This document shows positions 1 through 11,456 of a DNA stretch of 64,000 nucleotides, in pieces. Under the pieces are notes generated by a model. The model made no database searches, was not told the DNA's origin, and worked only from the letters and a program-made list of their open reading frames with translations. The stretch spans positions 62,001-126,000 of the forward strand of contig QPMI01000452.1 of NCBI GenBank assembly GCA_004431415.1, written 5' to 3'. The first letter of the stretch is position 1, and the number at the start of each line of letters is the position of its first letter. Both the position numbers and the translations under genes were made by a program. The stretch is from Cyanophora paradoxa CCMP329 (taxonomy: Eukaryota; Plantae; Glaucophyta).

Positions 1-1498
1 CTCTGCGTCTTCCCGCGCCCGCTGCGCCTGCAGGGGCCCCAGGGCGTGGGCCGGGGCCAGCCAGCCGGGCTGGCGGGCGGGGGCGGGCGGGCGGACCCGC
101 TTCTTGGCGACCCAGGCCTCGAAGCGCTCGCGGCACTCGCGGTTGCGCGCCTCGCGCTCCGCCGCCGCCCGCCACTCCCGCGCCCGCTCCCGCCTCCGCT
201 CCTCCGCCTCGCGCTCCGCCTTCGCCCGCAGCCACGCCTGCGCCCGCCCCGGCCGCGTCAGAGGGGAGCGGAGGGCGGGGCAGGGCAGGGGAGGGAGGTG
301 GGGGTGCCTCGTGGGCCATGGCGCCGCGCTCCTCGCGGCGGCGGGCGGCGGCGGCGGCCTGCGCGCCGAAGGCCCGCTCGCGCCTCGCGCGCTCCTCCTC
401 CTCGGCCCGCCTCGCGGCGAGCTTGCGGGCCAGCCACTCGCCGTACGCCTGCGCCGACGTCGCCGCCTTCTCCCGCTCCGTCCACGCCTCCCGCTCCCTG
501 TCCCGCCGCCGCCCGCCGCCCGCTCAACGCCGCGGGCGCCCCTAGGCCTCTCGGGAGGGCGGCGGGCACCGGACGGGGCGGGGAGGCGGGGCGGGAGGAC
601 TTGGCGGCGAGCCAGCCCTCGAAGGCCTCCGCCGAGCTCGCCAGCCGCTCCTCCAGCTCCAGCGCCGCCCAGCGCCTGCCGCCCGCCGCCCCGCGTCACC
701 GGCGCCGAGCGGAGGGACGGGAGGGGCGCGGCGCGCACCGCTCTGCGTCGCCCGCCGCCCGCCGCTCGGCGCTCGCCTGCCGCTGCCGCGCCGCCTTCTC
801 CTCGAGCCAGGCGTCGTAGGGCAGCGGGCCCCGGCGCGGAGCCGAGCCGGGCCGCGCCCGCGCCGGATGCTGCTGCTGCTGCGGCTGGGGGAGCGCCTGG
901 CGGGCGGGCCGTCCTCGGGGATGAGGGCGCGCCGGAGGGGCGGGGCGCTGCGCGGGCGCTGCGGGCTCCCGCGGGACGCGGAGGCGGCGGAGCGGGGCGG
1001 GCTGACGTGCGGCATCTCCGCCGCGGCCGCCAGGAGCGCCTCCTCCTCGTCCGACGTCTCCTCCCGCGGCAGGCCGTGCTGCGCCAGCGCCCCGCCGGCC
1101 CAGGGGAGCTCCGGCTCGGGGGCGCCGGGCCGGTCCGGGCTCCCGCGGGCCGGAGGCTCGAACTCGTGTTCGAACTCGTTCGCTACCTCCAAGACGTCGT
1201 CCACCCTGCTCACTCCCGCCGCCGCTCGTGCGGGGCTCGCGAAGTGGACCGGCGAGGATTCCCTCGGCGGAGGCGGAGGCGCCGGTAGATTCGGCGAAAG
1301 AGGTGCGGAAAATCGCGCGCTAGCTCCCGCATTATGTGGCGACCGCGCAAGGCGCGCTGGTGAGTCCGGGCCGCTGCCGTAAGGGGCAGTGTCCGCCCAG
1401 CTAGGCAGCACTGGCTCGTCGATGTCGGGCTCGTCCGAGTCCCATAGGTCGAATTGCACGCCGCTGGTATCTAGCGGTCGCAGCGTTCGCGAATACAT
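1..1498 (-). CDS. Coiled-coil protein with repeated W-L-x-x-K motifs, CCDC34/CCDC181-like, copy 1 (3' end outside window)
   Basis: Duplicate of 7149-8890. Spliced exons give PYDAWLEEK, AFEGWLAAK, AYGEWLARK, AHEAWLRAK and RFEAWVAKK in E/R/A-rich helices. Confidence 0.6.
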
Positions 1499-1876
1499 GT
1501 AGGCTGCAGCTGGCGCCCGCGGCGAGCGCGGAGCCGGTGCCGGGGCATCGGCAACGCGGCTCGAACGCCAGTGGTGATGATGTTCGTGGTGATAAGCTGG
1601 GGCTCGTGGCGGCACAAGCGCCCGCTGGCGCGGCATTGCCTTCTAGGTCCAGTACCCACACTTCTCTACTTCTCTACCCAGTACCCCTTTCCCAGCAGCT
1701 TATCGAGGTTCCAAGAAGCAGCAGCTCGCGTGCGGTGTTGACGATCTAGCCAGCTAGCTGTGAGCAAGCTGGCGGACGTGACAGCCCGCCCAGCCAGGCT
1801 CGCTCGTTGAGTTCGGCTCTCGTTGATCCCTGAACCGAGGTCGCACCTGCAGACAGTGCAAAGTACGCTACGAAAC

Positions 1877-3287
1877 ATGCCCAAGATCGAGGTCAAGCAT
1901 CTTGACGGAGGCCTCAAGGTCTCTTCCTCCCGGCGCTGACGCACGCTGTTTTCCGGGCTGACGCACGCTGTGTTCAGTACTTGCCAGAGCTACAGTTCGT
2001 ATGTGAAGACGAGCATCCCGGTGAACCTCACGCGACGGGGTGGCCAGAGGCTGGTCCGCGAACCGCCCGTAATTCGTTCATATGCCAATCGCTGATGGAT
2101 CGCCGCGTAGCGATCCTCGAAATCGGCCCCGAGAACATTCGGTCCCTATCGCTGTCGAGCCGAGGCCTGACGGAAGTCCCCGGTGAGCTGCAGCCGCGGC
2201 GCCGGCGCCGCCCGTCCGGGCCGGCGTTTTGCCGACGCCTGCCGCAGACGAGCAGCTAGACCGCCTGGTGAACCTCGAATCGATCACTCTGCGCGACAAC
2301 CAGCTGAACGACCTGCCCCGGGGCTCGCGCGCCTCCCCCGTCTGAAGTCGATCAACGTGAAGGACAACCCGCTCGTCTGCGTCCCGCCGAACCTCCGCCA
2401 CAAGGCTTCCCGCGGCTCCCTGGCTCGGGAGGACGTTTTATCATACCTTGAGGCCCAGGGCCACAAGTACACGTGCGCGGGATCCCCGGGGCCCCCGCGC
2501 GCGGCGCCGGCCCGATCGGGTTCGACCCCGACCCGCGCGCAGGCGGCGGCACAGCCAGAGCATGCGGCGGGTCAGCGTGAACTCGGGGAGCGAGCCCGAG
2601 TCGGAGTCGGACGAGGAGGAGGAGGGCGGCTGCACGTGGGTGCCCCGCTTCGTGTGCTGCGGCTCGGCGGCCCCGCGGCGCGCCGGCCGCGAGTTCGACC
2701 TCGACGCCGTCGTCGCCCTCCGCGACGACTCCGCCGCCGCCGTCGGCGCCGCCGTCTGCGGCGAGGTCCGCGTAGCGTACCCCGCCTCCTTGGTCGCCCC
2801 GCGCCCCGGGCCGACGGGGGCGGGGGCAGCTGCGGAAGCTGGACGGGGCGCTGCGGGTGGCGGTGCACTCGGACCGGGCCGCCCCCGGGGAGGCCGCCCG
2901 CCAGCGCGAGGTCGTCGGCCGCTCCCGCGCCCTCGTCCTCGTCCTCTCCGAGGGCGCGCCGTACCCCACTCGCCCCCCCCCCCCCCCCCCCCTCTGAGCC
3001 GCCCCGCAGGGGTACTGGAGTGCGAGCACGCGCTGGCGGACGTGACGACGGCGGTCGAGTCGGGGCGCGCGGTGGTGGCCCTGCGGCCCGAGGGCGCCCC
3101 GGAGCCGCCGGCCGGCGAGGCGCTCGAGGCGATCGCCGTACCCCCCGGCGTGAAGCACGAGGCGGGGGTCGTGCGGGCGGCGCTGCGGGCCGCGACGACG
3201 AAGGCGCCGCTGGCGTGGCCCCGGGAGTCGGGCAAGCCCCAGGAGGATGCCGCCCGCCAGCTCCTCACCCTCGTCCGCGGCGCATAG
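1877..3287 (+). CDS. LRR + TIR-like domain protein, copy 1 (1-bp deletion in a C run at ~2316-2319 frameshifts the LRR exon relative to copy 2)
   Basis: Same exons as 9268-10680. It reads CTGCCCCGGGG versus CTGCCCCCGGGG in copy 2. Confidence 0.65.
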
Positions 3288-3749
3288 CCGCCGCGCGCCA
3301 GCGGCGGCCGCCGCTCGCTTTTTTCTGTAGAGTAGGGGCAGTTCTGGGCGGGGAGGGGGGTACAGGGGGATACCGCTTGTAAGGGTGTAGAGTAAGGCGG
3401 GGTGGCGGGGGCCCGTCGCGGCGGCAGGTGTGCAAGCCTTGAAGAGCCGCGAGGCGCCGGCCCCAGTGTACTTGTACGCAGGCGTTACGTCTAGGTTACT
3501 GTTGTGCGCTTGTAGATCTTTCTTTCATAATCTACCAGATCTCAGAGCCACGTTCAACGGTTGGTTCAGCGAATGCCTTGCAAATCGGGCTGGTATGCGC
3601 AGTGCAATTGCAAGTCACGTGCACTCAGCCTGGCAGTGGGAGGCGCGCGCGGCCCTGCGGTTATAAAATTCGCCCAAGCATCGATATCCCGGAGTACTAG
3701 TCCTCGGCGAGGCCGCCGGGCCCGATCATGATCATGGCATTCTTTGAAA

Positions 3750-4526
3750 TCAATCTCGGTCGACGTCTCGATCGATACTACGTGTGGGGCTCACGTCCAT
3801 CTTAATCGCAGCCTTGACGATCACGCCGTCGCGCACCTGCGCACCCTCCGCCGTCAGCTGCGGGCAGAGTTCGCGGCCCGCGCGCAGACGGGAGCCGAGG
3901 GGGCTCACGGTGTAGACGGCGAGGCAGTGGGCGGTGCGCAGCGGCCCGCGGATGATCTGCGCGCCACGCAGTCTCCAGGTCAGCAGGCCCTGGCTCAAGA
4001 TCTAGAGAGGGCAGACGAGGCGCGCGCAGGCGGGCGCGCCTCGCGGTCGACGACGGTGTCGCCCATCGCGAGGCGGCCGACGACGTCGCAGTGCAGCTCC
4101 GGCGACTTGAAGCGCTCCACGTACCTGCGTATGCGGCCGGGTGCCGAAATTAAACCCGGGCCTCGCTGCCGGCGCCGCGTGCCACCGCGCGCGCGCGAAC
4201 CTCGGGCGCATCTCTTCCTTTCCGCTCGCCAGAACCTGCGTCGCGGCGCGTCGTTCCAGTGAGCGCGCGCACGTGCACGTCGCCGGCTGCGCGGCCGCGG
4301 GCGCTCACCTTGCCGTCGTCGAGGTTCACCAGCAGCGCGTCGTCAGCGAAGCAAGCCAAGAAAGCGTCGATGTCGCGGGCGTTGTAGGTCTCCACCTGCC
4401 TCTGCACGACCGCGATTGGGCTCTGCGCCTGACGGGCGGTAGCTCGAACTTCAGCAACAAGGCTGCCCATGCGCGCCGCCGGGCGCCGAGCCGGTAGACA
4501 CTCGCCTTCTCAGCCGTCGACGCCAT
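3750..4526 (-). CDS. SnoaL/NTF2-like small protein (COG4538-like)
   Basis: Spliced: MASTAEK|AQSPIAVVQRQVETYNARDIDAFLACFADDALLVNLDDGK|VLASGKEEMRPR|YVERFKSPELHCDVVGRLAMGDTVVDRE|IIRGPLRTAHCLAVYT|VRDGVIVKAAIKMD. The YNARDIDAF, G-x-VVD-x-E and V-x-DG-x-I motifs are typical of the family. Confidence 0.85.
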
Positions 4527-4540
4527 CGCAGCAAGCCTCC

Positions 4541-4772
4541 AGCTAAAGCTCAAGCCTCGAGCTCAAGCTCAAGCGCAAGCTCAAGCTCAATTGCAAGCGC
4601 GAGCTCATGATCAAGCTCAAGATCAAGCCTCGATCAAGCTTAACTTGGCAGCCGGCGCCTCGAGCTCGAGCTCAACGTTAACGCGCCAGCGCTAGCCCGG
4701 CCCGGCCGCGCGCTAGCCTCGCGCTCGCGCTAGCCTCGAGCTCGAGCTCAACGCGCCAGCGCCCGGCGCTAG
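4541..4772. repeat. Degenerate (CAAGCT)n / (CTCGAG)n hexamer repeat tract upstream of the SnoaL-like gene
   Basis: aagctc aagctc aagcgc aagctc..., plus an internal duplication 4658-4700 vs 4734-4766. Confidence 0.8.
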
Positions 4773-5277
4773 CTAAAACATTATTTTACCTTTTCAAATC
4801 CGGATCGAATTTAGGTTTTCGCTTTTTAGAGGCCGCGGGGCCAGGAGGCTTAGGGCCGGTCCAGATCCAAAGGCGCCCCAGCGGGCCATGGGCTGGCCAT
4901 GGGGACCCCGTTCCGCGGGTGCTTTGCAGAAAAGATGAAATTCAAATAATGTTTCGAAAAGACAGCAAGCGGATGCGAACACTAAAACACAATTGCAATG
5001 AAGTGCTGCACATGCGGACGTGAAGGAGATCGATATCATGTAAAAAATTAAATACGTTTACAGAGATGCAAAGCTGAATTCAAAAAAGGCGCGCGCGGGG
5101 GCTGCCCTCGGCGCCATTGCGGAAAAGAAACTATGTGCATGGCACGGGTCTACCGTAAAATTATGCGCGAAAACGAATGAAATTGTGGTGTTACAACTGA
5201 AAATGGCCGGAGGCGAACGGTTTGGAAGAGGGCACAGGGCCTGGGGCCGCGCGGGGCCCGGAGCCGCGCGCGGCCGC

Positions 5278-6687
5278 TCATGCTGCGGCCGCCGGCGCGA
5301 GGCCCTCGGCCGCGTGGTTGTGGTGCTCCAGCCCCGCGCACCCGCACCCGCGCCTGAGGCGACGGAGCCCGGTTGGCGTGACGGGTGCAAAAGAGAGGAG
5401 CCGGGGCGGGGGAAGGGCGAGGGGGGTACGCACAGCTCGGTCGAGTGGCGCCGAAAGGGGCGGTGCGCGGGGTGGCCTGCGCGGGGCGGGCCCGGGCTCA
5501 GACCGCGGGCGGAGGGCAAGCCCGAAGGGCGCGGGCGAGGCACCCTCGCCGGCCGCGAGGACGTGCGGCCGCCCCGCCGCCGCGTGGGCGTGCGCGTGGT
5601 GGTGGGCGGCGGCCGGGCTGTGGGCGTGGTGGGGCCGTGGGGCGTGGTGGTGCTCGGCGGCGTGGGCGTGCGAGCCGTGCCGGGGCGCCCGGCTGCGCTC
5701 CCGCGCCTCCACCAGCTCGTGCTCCGCCTCGGCGCTGTGGATGCTCCACCGCTGCGCATGCCCGCCCGGCGGCTCGCTCGGCGCGCGCGAGCCTCGGGGG
5801 CGGGCGGGGGCGGGGCGCACGGTGATTAGGTACTGCACGGCGCGGTCGCAGAGGTCGCGGGAGCCCGGGATCACCAGGTCGCTCAGGTCCCCCACCGGCG
5901 TGTGCGGCTGCGGCCCGTCAGGGGCGGCGGGCGCGCCGGCGCTGGCGCCGGCGCCGGGCGGGCGCACCGGGTGGAGCTCGGCGAGCTGCTGGAGGGCGGC
6001 GCCGGCGTCCGCCGCGGCGACGGGCGCCACCGCGCACGTCACCTGCCGCCGCGGAGCGAAGCGGTCAGCCGGGCCGCGCTCGGAGCGGGCCCGAGGGGCA
6101 GGGGCAGGGGCAGGGGCGACCTGCGCGGCGCCGCTGGCGATGGCGGCGAGCCTCGCGGCCTCGGCGGCGGCGGCGGCGCCGCCGGCGACGCCCGTGGCGG
6201 CGGCCCAGCAGACGGCCTCGGCGACGCAGCAGACGGGGCGGGCGAGGCGCTCCTCGGCGAGGTGCGCGCCGACCTCGGCGCCGTGGCCGGCGTCGTCCAG
6301 GAGCGCGTGCAGGTCGTGCCGCTGCACGGCGTCCACCACGCCGTACGCCGCCCCGCCGAGCACGCCGACGGCCGCCCCCGCGTAGTGCAGGAGGTGCACC
6401 ACGACGAAGTCGATGCCCCGGTTCACCTTGAACATCGCGGCGCCCACCAGCTGCACCGCCAGCCGCACCCGCGGGAAGAGCAGCGCCAGAATGGCCGCCA
6501 CGCGCACCCAGCTCCACGCGCACTCCGTCGCCGAGTGCGCGGCGCGGAAGGCCGCGCGGGGCTTCACGAAACGGTGCCCCAGCCTCCGCTGGCTCCCATC
6601 GGTCCCGCTGCAGCAGTCCTCGCCGGCGCTGGTGCTGTGGCCCGCGGACGAGATGCCGGGCCGGAGGCGCTGCTCTCGCCGATCCAT
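5278..6687 (-). CDS. Hypothetical protein with hydrophobic Ala/Gly-rich segments and a His-rich C-terminal region
   Basis: Long ORF with several GT-AG introns (e.g. QYLIT|gtgcgc, AGE G|gtgcct, TEL|gtgcgt). It carries an HAHAAEHHHAPRPHHAH tract. No family recognised and the start is uncertain. Confidence 0.55.
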   Translation of the reverse strand: MDRREQRLRPGISSAGHSTSAGEDCCSGTDGSQRRLGHRFVKPRAAFRAAHSATECAWSWVRVAAILALLFPRVRLAVQLVGAAMFKVNRGIDFVVVHLLHYAGAAVGVLGGAAYGVVDAVQRHDLHALLDDAGHGAEVGAHLAEERLARPVCCVAEAVCWAAATGVAGGAAAAAEAARLAAIASGAAQVAPAPAPAPRARSERGPADRFAPRRQVTCAVAPVAAADAGAALQQLAELHPVRPPGAGASAGAPAAPDGPQPHTPVGDLSDLVIPGSRDLCDRAVQYLITVRPAPARPRGSRAPSEPPGGHAQRWSIHSAEAEHELVEARERSRAPRHGSHAHAAEHHHAPRPHHAHSPAAAHHHAHAHAAAGRPHVLAAGEGASPAPFGLALRPRSEPGPAPRRPPRAPPLSAPLDRAVRTPLALPPPRLLSFAPVTPTGLRRLRRGCGCAGLEHHNHAAEGLAPAAAA

Positions 6688-7148
6688 GCCGGCGCCGCGT
6701 CACCGCGCCCGCAAGCTCGGCCGCAACGAGCCCCTCTTTCCTGGCCGGCTGGCCGCTCGCCCCGTGGGCGCCGAAGACCGCGCCTCCCCGCGGCCGAGAT
6801 GTCGACGGGCGGCCGCGGGGCGGGCGGGGGCGGGCTGTCGCGGGGCGGGCAGCCAACCCGCGACGCGGAGCTCTGCTCCCGCGACGAGTGTTGCCGCCCG
6901 AACAAGCTTGAGGGAGAGCGATGGCGTCAACCCCAAAGTGGGGGGAAGAGCGCGCCGGGGGTACAGGGAAGCGCGTTGAACACCTTCGTCGAAGCTTCGC
7001 TAGGATCCGGATTTCGAATTCAGAGCTCACTGATCCCAATGCAACCTTCGATTTCGGAGCCCTTCAACTATGACTACAGCCACGGAGGAGAAACGCGCGC
7101 TGGTGCAGCTAGCGCTCGCCGGCAGGCTGAAGCTTAAGGAGCACTGCA

Positions 7149-8890
7149 CTAGTGGCGGTGGCGATGGAGGGCGGCGGGGCCGGCGGCCGAGCCCGGGCGG
7201 GCGGGGCTCTTGGCCCGCGAGGCGCCGGCGGTGGAGTAGGAGAGGATGAGGGAGCCGCGCGTGTTCGCCACCGCCCACCGCCGCGCCGCCTCCGCCTCCC
7301 TGCCCGACCAAGCCAGCCCGATCAGCGCCGGGGGTACGAGGGCGATGGGGGCGGGGCGGGGGTTACAGCGCACTCGAGCTTGCGGGCCTCCTCTGCGTCT
7401 TCCCGCGCCCGCTGCGCCTGCAGGGGCCCCAGGGCGTGGGCCGGGGCCAGCCAGCCGGGCTGGCGGGCGGGGGGCGGGCGGGCGGACCCGCTTCTTGGCG
7501 ACCCAGGCCTCGAAGCGCTCGCGGCACTCGCGGTTGCGCGCCTCGCGCTCCGCCGCCGCCCGCCACTCCCGCGCCCGCTCCCGCCTCCGCTCCTCCGCCT
7601 CGCGCTCCGCCTTCGCCCGCAGCCACGCCTGCGCCCGCCCCGGCCGCGTCAGAGGGGAGCGGAGGGCGGGGCAGGGCAGGGGAGGGAGGTGGGGGTGCCT
7701 CGTGGGCCATGGCGCCGCGCTCCTCGCGGCGGCGGGCGGCGGCGGCGGCCTGCGCGCCGAAGGCCCGCTCGCGCCTCGCGCGCTCCTCCTCCTCGGCCCG
7801 CCTCGCGGCGAGCTTGCGGGCCAGCCACTCGCCGTACGCCTGCGCCGACGTCGCCGCCTTCTCCCGCTCCGTCCACGCCTCCCGCTCCCTGTCCCGCCGC
7901 CGCCCGCCGCCCGCTCAACGCCGCGGGCGCCCCTAGGCCTCTCGGGAGGGCGGCGGGCACCGGACGGGGGCGGGGGAGGCGGGGCGGGAGGACTTGGCGG
8001 CGAGCCAGCCCTCGAAGGCCTCCGCCGAGCTCGCCAGCCGCTCCTCCAGCTCCAGCGCCGCCCAGCGCCTGCCGCCCGCCGCCCCGCGTCACCGGCGCCG
8101 AGCGGAGGGACGGAGGGGCGCGGCGCGCACCGCTCTGCGTCGCCCGCCGCCCGCCGCTCGGCGCTCGCCTGCCGCTGCCGCGCCGCCTTCTCCTCGAGCC
8201 AGGCGTCGTAGGGCAGCGGGCCCCGGCGCGGAGCCGAGCCGGGCCGCGCCCGCGCCGGATGCTGCTGCTGCTGCGGCTGGGGGAGCGCCTGGCGGGCGGG
8301 CCGTCCTCGGGGATGAGGGCGCGCCGGAGGGGCGGGGCGCTGCGCGGGCGCTGCGGGCTCCCGCGGGACGCGGAGGCGGCGGAGCGGGGCGGGCTGACGT
8401 GCGGCATCTCCGCCGCGGCCGCCAGGAGCGCCTCCTCCTCGTCCGACGTCTCCTCCCGCGGCAGGCCGTGCTGCGCCAGCGCCCCGCCGGCCCAGGGGAG
8501 CTCCGGCTCGGGGGCGCCGGGCCGGTCCGGGCTCCCGCGGGCCGGAGGCTCGAACTCGTGTTCGAACTCGTTCGCTACCTCCAAGACGTCGTCCACCCTG
8601 CTCACTCCCGCCGCCGCTCGTGCGGGGCTCGCGAAGTGGACCGGCGAGGATTCCCTCGGCGGAGGCGGAGGCGCCGGTAGATTCGGCGAAAGAGGTGCGG
8701 AAAATCGCGCGCTAGCTCCCGCATTATGTGGCGACCGCGCAAGGCGCGCTGGTGAGTCCGGGCCGCTGCCGTAAGGGGCAGTGTCCGCCCAGCTAGGCAG
8801 CACTGGCTCGTCGATGTCGGGCTCGTCCGAGTCCCATAGGTCGAATTGCACGCCGCTGGTATCTAGCGGTCGCAGCGTTCGCGAATACAT
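7149..8890 (-). CDS. Coiled-coil protein with five W-L/V-x-x-K repeats, CCDC34/CCDC181-like, copy 2
   Basis: MYSRTLRPLD... has a disordered acidic/Pro-rich N-half, then charged helices with the periodic Trp motif, and stop TAG at 7149. An upstream start is possible. Confidence 0.65.
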
Positions 8891-11177
8891 GTAGGCTGCA
8901 GCTGGCGCCCGCGGCGAGCGCGGAGCCGGTGCCGGGCATCGGCAACGCGGCTCGAACGCCAGTGGTGATGATGTTCGTGGTGATAAGCTGGGGCTCGTGG
9001 CGGCACAAGCGCCCGCTGGCGCGGCATTGCCTTCTAGGTCCAGTACCCACACTTCTCTACTTCTCTACCCAGTACCCCTTTCCCAGCAGCTTATCGAGGT
9101 TCCAAGAAGCAGCAGCTCGCGTGCGGTGTTGACGATCTAGCCAGCTAGCTGTGAGCAAGCTGGCGGACGTGACAGCCCGCCCAGCCAGGCTCGCTCGTTG
9201 AGTTCGGCTCTCGTTGATCCCTGAACCGAGGTCGCACCTGCAGACAGTGCAAAGTACGCTACGAAACATGCCCAAGATCGAGGTCAAGCATCTTGACGGA
9301 GGCCTCAAGGTCTCTTCCTCCCGGCGCTGACGCACGCTGTTTTCCGGGCTGACGCACGCTGTGTTCAGTACTTGCCAGAGCTACAGTTCGTATGTGAAGA
9401 CGAGCATCCCGGTGAACCTCACGCGACGGGGTGGCCAGAGGCTGGTCCGCGAACCGCCCGTAATTCGTTCATATGCCAATCGCTGATGGATCGCCGCGTA
9501 GCGATCCTCGAAATCGGCCCCGAGAACATTCGGTCCCTATCGCTGTCGAGCCGAGGCCTGACGGAAGTCCCCGGTGAGCTGCAGCCGCGGCGCCGGCGCC
9601 GCCCGTCCGGGCCGGCGTTTTGCCGACGCCTGCCGCAGACGAGCAGCTAGACCGCCTGGTGAACCTCGAATCGATCACTCTGCGCGACAACCAGCTGAAC
9701 GACCTGCCCCCGGGGCTCGCGCGCCTCCCCCGTCTGAAGTCGATCAACGTGAAGGACAACCCGCTCGTCTGCGTCCCGCCGAACCTCCGCCACAAGGCTT
9801 CCCGCGGCTCCCTGGCTCGGGAGGACGTTTTATCATACCTTGAGGCCCAGGGCCACAAGTACACGTGCGCGGGATCCCCGGGGCCCCCGCGCGCGGCGCC
9901 GGCCCGATCGGGTTCGACCCCGACCCGCGCGCAGGCGGCGGCACAGCCAGAGCATGCGGCGGGTCAGCGTGAACTCGGGGAGCGAGCCCGAGTCGGAGTC
10001 GGACGAGGAGGAGGAGGGCGGCTGCACGTGGGTGCCCCGCTTCGTGTGCTGCGGCTCGGCGGCCCCGCGGCGCGCCGGCCGCGAGTTCGACCTCGACGCC
10101 GTCGTCGCCCTCCGCGACGACTCCGCCGCCGCCGTCGGCGCCGCCGTCTGCGGCGAGGTCCGCGTAGCGTACCCCGCCTCCTTGGTCGCCCCCGCGCCCC
10201 GGGCCGACGGGGGCGGGGGCAGCTGCGGAAGCTGGACGGGGCGCTGCGGGTGGCGGTGCACTCGGACCGGGCCGCCCCCGGGGAGGCCGCCCGCCAGCGC
10301 GAGGTCGTCGGCCGCTCCCGCGCCCTCGTCCTCGTCCTCTCCGAGGGCGCGCCGTACCCCCCTCGCCCCCCCCCCCCCCCCCCCCTCTGAGCCGCCCCGC
10401 AGGGGTACTGGAGTGCGAGCACGCGCTGGCGGACGTGACGACGGCGGTCGAGTCGGGGCGCGCGGTGGTGGCCCTGCGGCCCGAGGGCGCCCCGGAGCCG
10501 CCGGCCGGCGAGGCGCTCGAGGCGATCGCCGTACCCCCCGGCGTGAAGCACGAGGCGGGGGTCGTGCGGGCGGCGCTGCGGGCCGCGACGACGAAGGCGC
10601 CGCTGGCGTGGCCCCGGGAGTCGGGCAAGCCCCAGGAGGATGCCGCCCGCCAGCTCCTCACCCTCGTCCGCGGCGCATAGCCGCCGCGCGCCAGCGGCGG
10701 CCGCCGCTCGCTTTTTTCTGTAGAGTAGGGGGCAGTTCTGGGCGGGGAGGGGGGTACAGGGGGATACCGCTTGTAAGGGTGTAGAGTAAGGCGGGGTGGC
10801 GGGGGCCCGTCGCGGCGGCAGGTGTGCAAGCCTTGAAGAGCCGCGAGGCGCCGGCCCCAGTGTACTTGTACGCAGGCGTTACGTCTAGGTTACTGTTGTG
10901 CGCTTGTAGATCTTTCTTTCATAATCTACCAGATCTCAGAGCCACGTTCAACGGTTGGTTCAGCGAATGCCTTGCAAATCGGGCTGGTATGCGCAGTGCA
11001 ATTGCAAGTCACGTGCACTCAGCCTGGCAGTGGGAGGCGCGCGCGGCCCTGCGGTTATAAAATTCGCCCAAGCATCGATATCCCGGAGTACTAGTCCTCG
11101 GCGAGGCCGCCGGGCCCGATCATGATCATGGCATTCTTTGAAATCAATCTCGGTCGACGTCTCGATCGATACTACGT
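7391..11177 (+). repeat. Segmental direct repeat, copy 2
   Basis: Near-identical to 1-3783 and diverges abruptly after ACTACGT at 11177. Confidence 0.97.
9268..10680 (+). CDS. LRR + TIR-like domain protein, copy 2 (intact frame)
   Basis: Three LRRs (IRSLSLSSRGLTEVP, LESITLRDNQLNDLP, LKSINVKDNPL) and an acidic linker. Then FDLDAVVALRDD...LRVAVHSDRAAPGE...REVVGRSRALVLVLSEGVLECEHALADVTTAVESGRAVVAL, which follows the TIR_2 beta/alpha pattern. Confidence 0.72.
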
Positions 11178-11456
11178 CTACTATGACATCTGATGATCCG
11201 GCCCGGTTGACTTTTACTAAGTTCTGTCCCAGGTCCGACGGTCTGAACGAAGACACGCTACACTTAAATCATCATTGAAATGAAGCATAGAATTCAAAGT
11301 AGCACTACGGTACACGATGCGCGAAATTAGCACTGCGGCAAATACGGCAAATACGTGTACCTCGAAATACCACAACGAAAGGAAAAAAGGGAAGCGAAGA
11401 CCAGAGGGCGGCGGGAAGGAGGGATGCGGGGACCGGCACAGCTGGGGCCTGTCCCC

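Larger units (their letters stand above)
1..3783 (+). repeat. Segmental direct repeat, copy 1 (runs off the left edge)
   Basis: Position 1 matches 7391 and the match continues to ...GATACTACGT (3783 = 11177). The offset drifts 7390-7394 through 1-bp indels in G/C runs. Confidence 0.97.
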
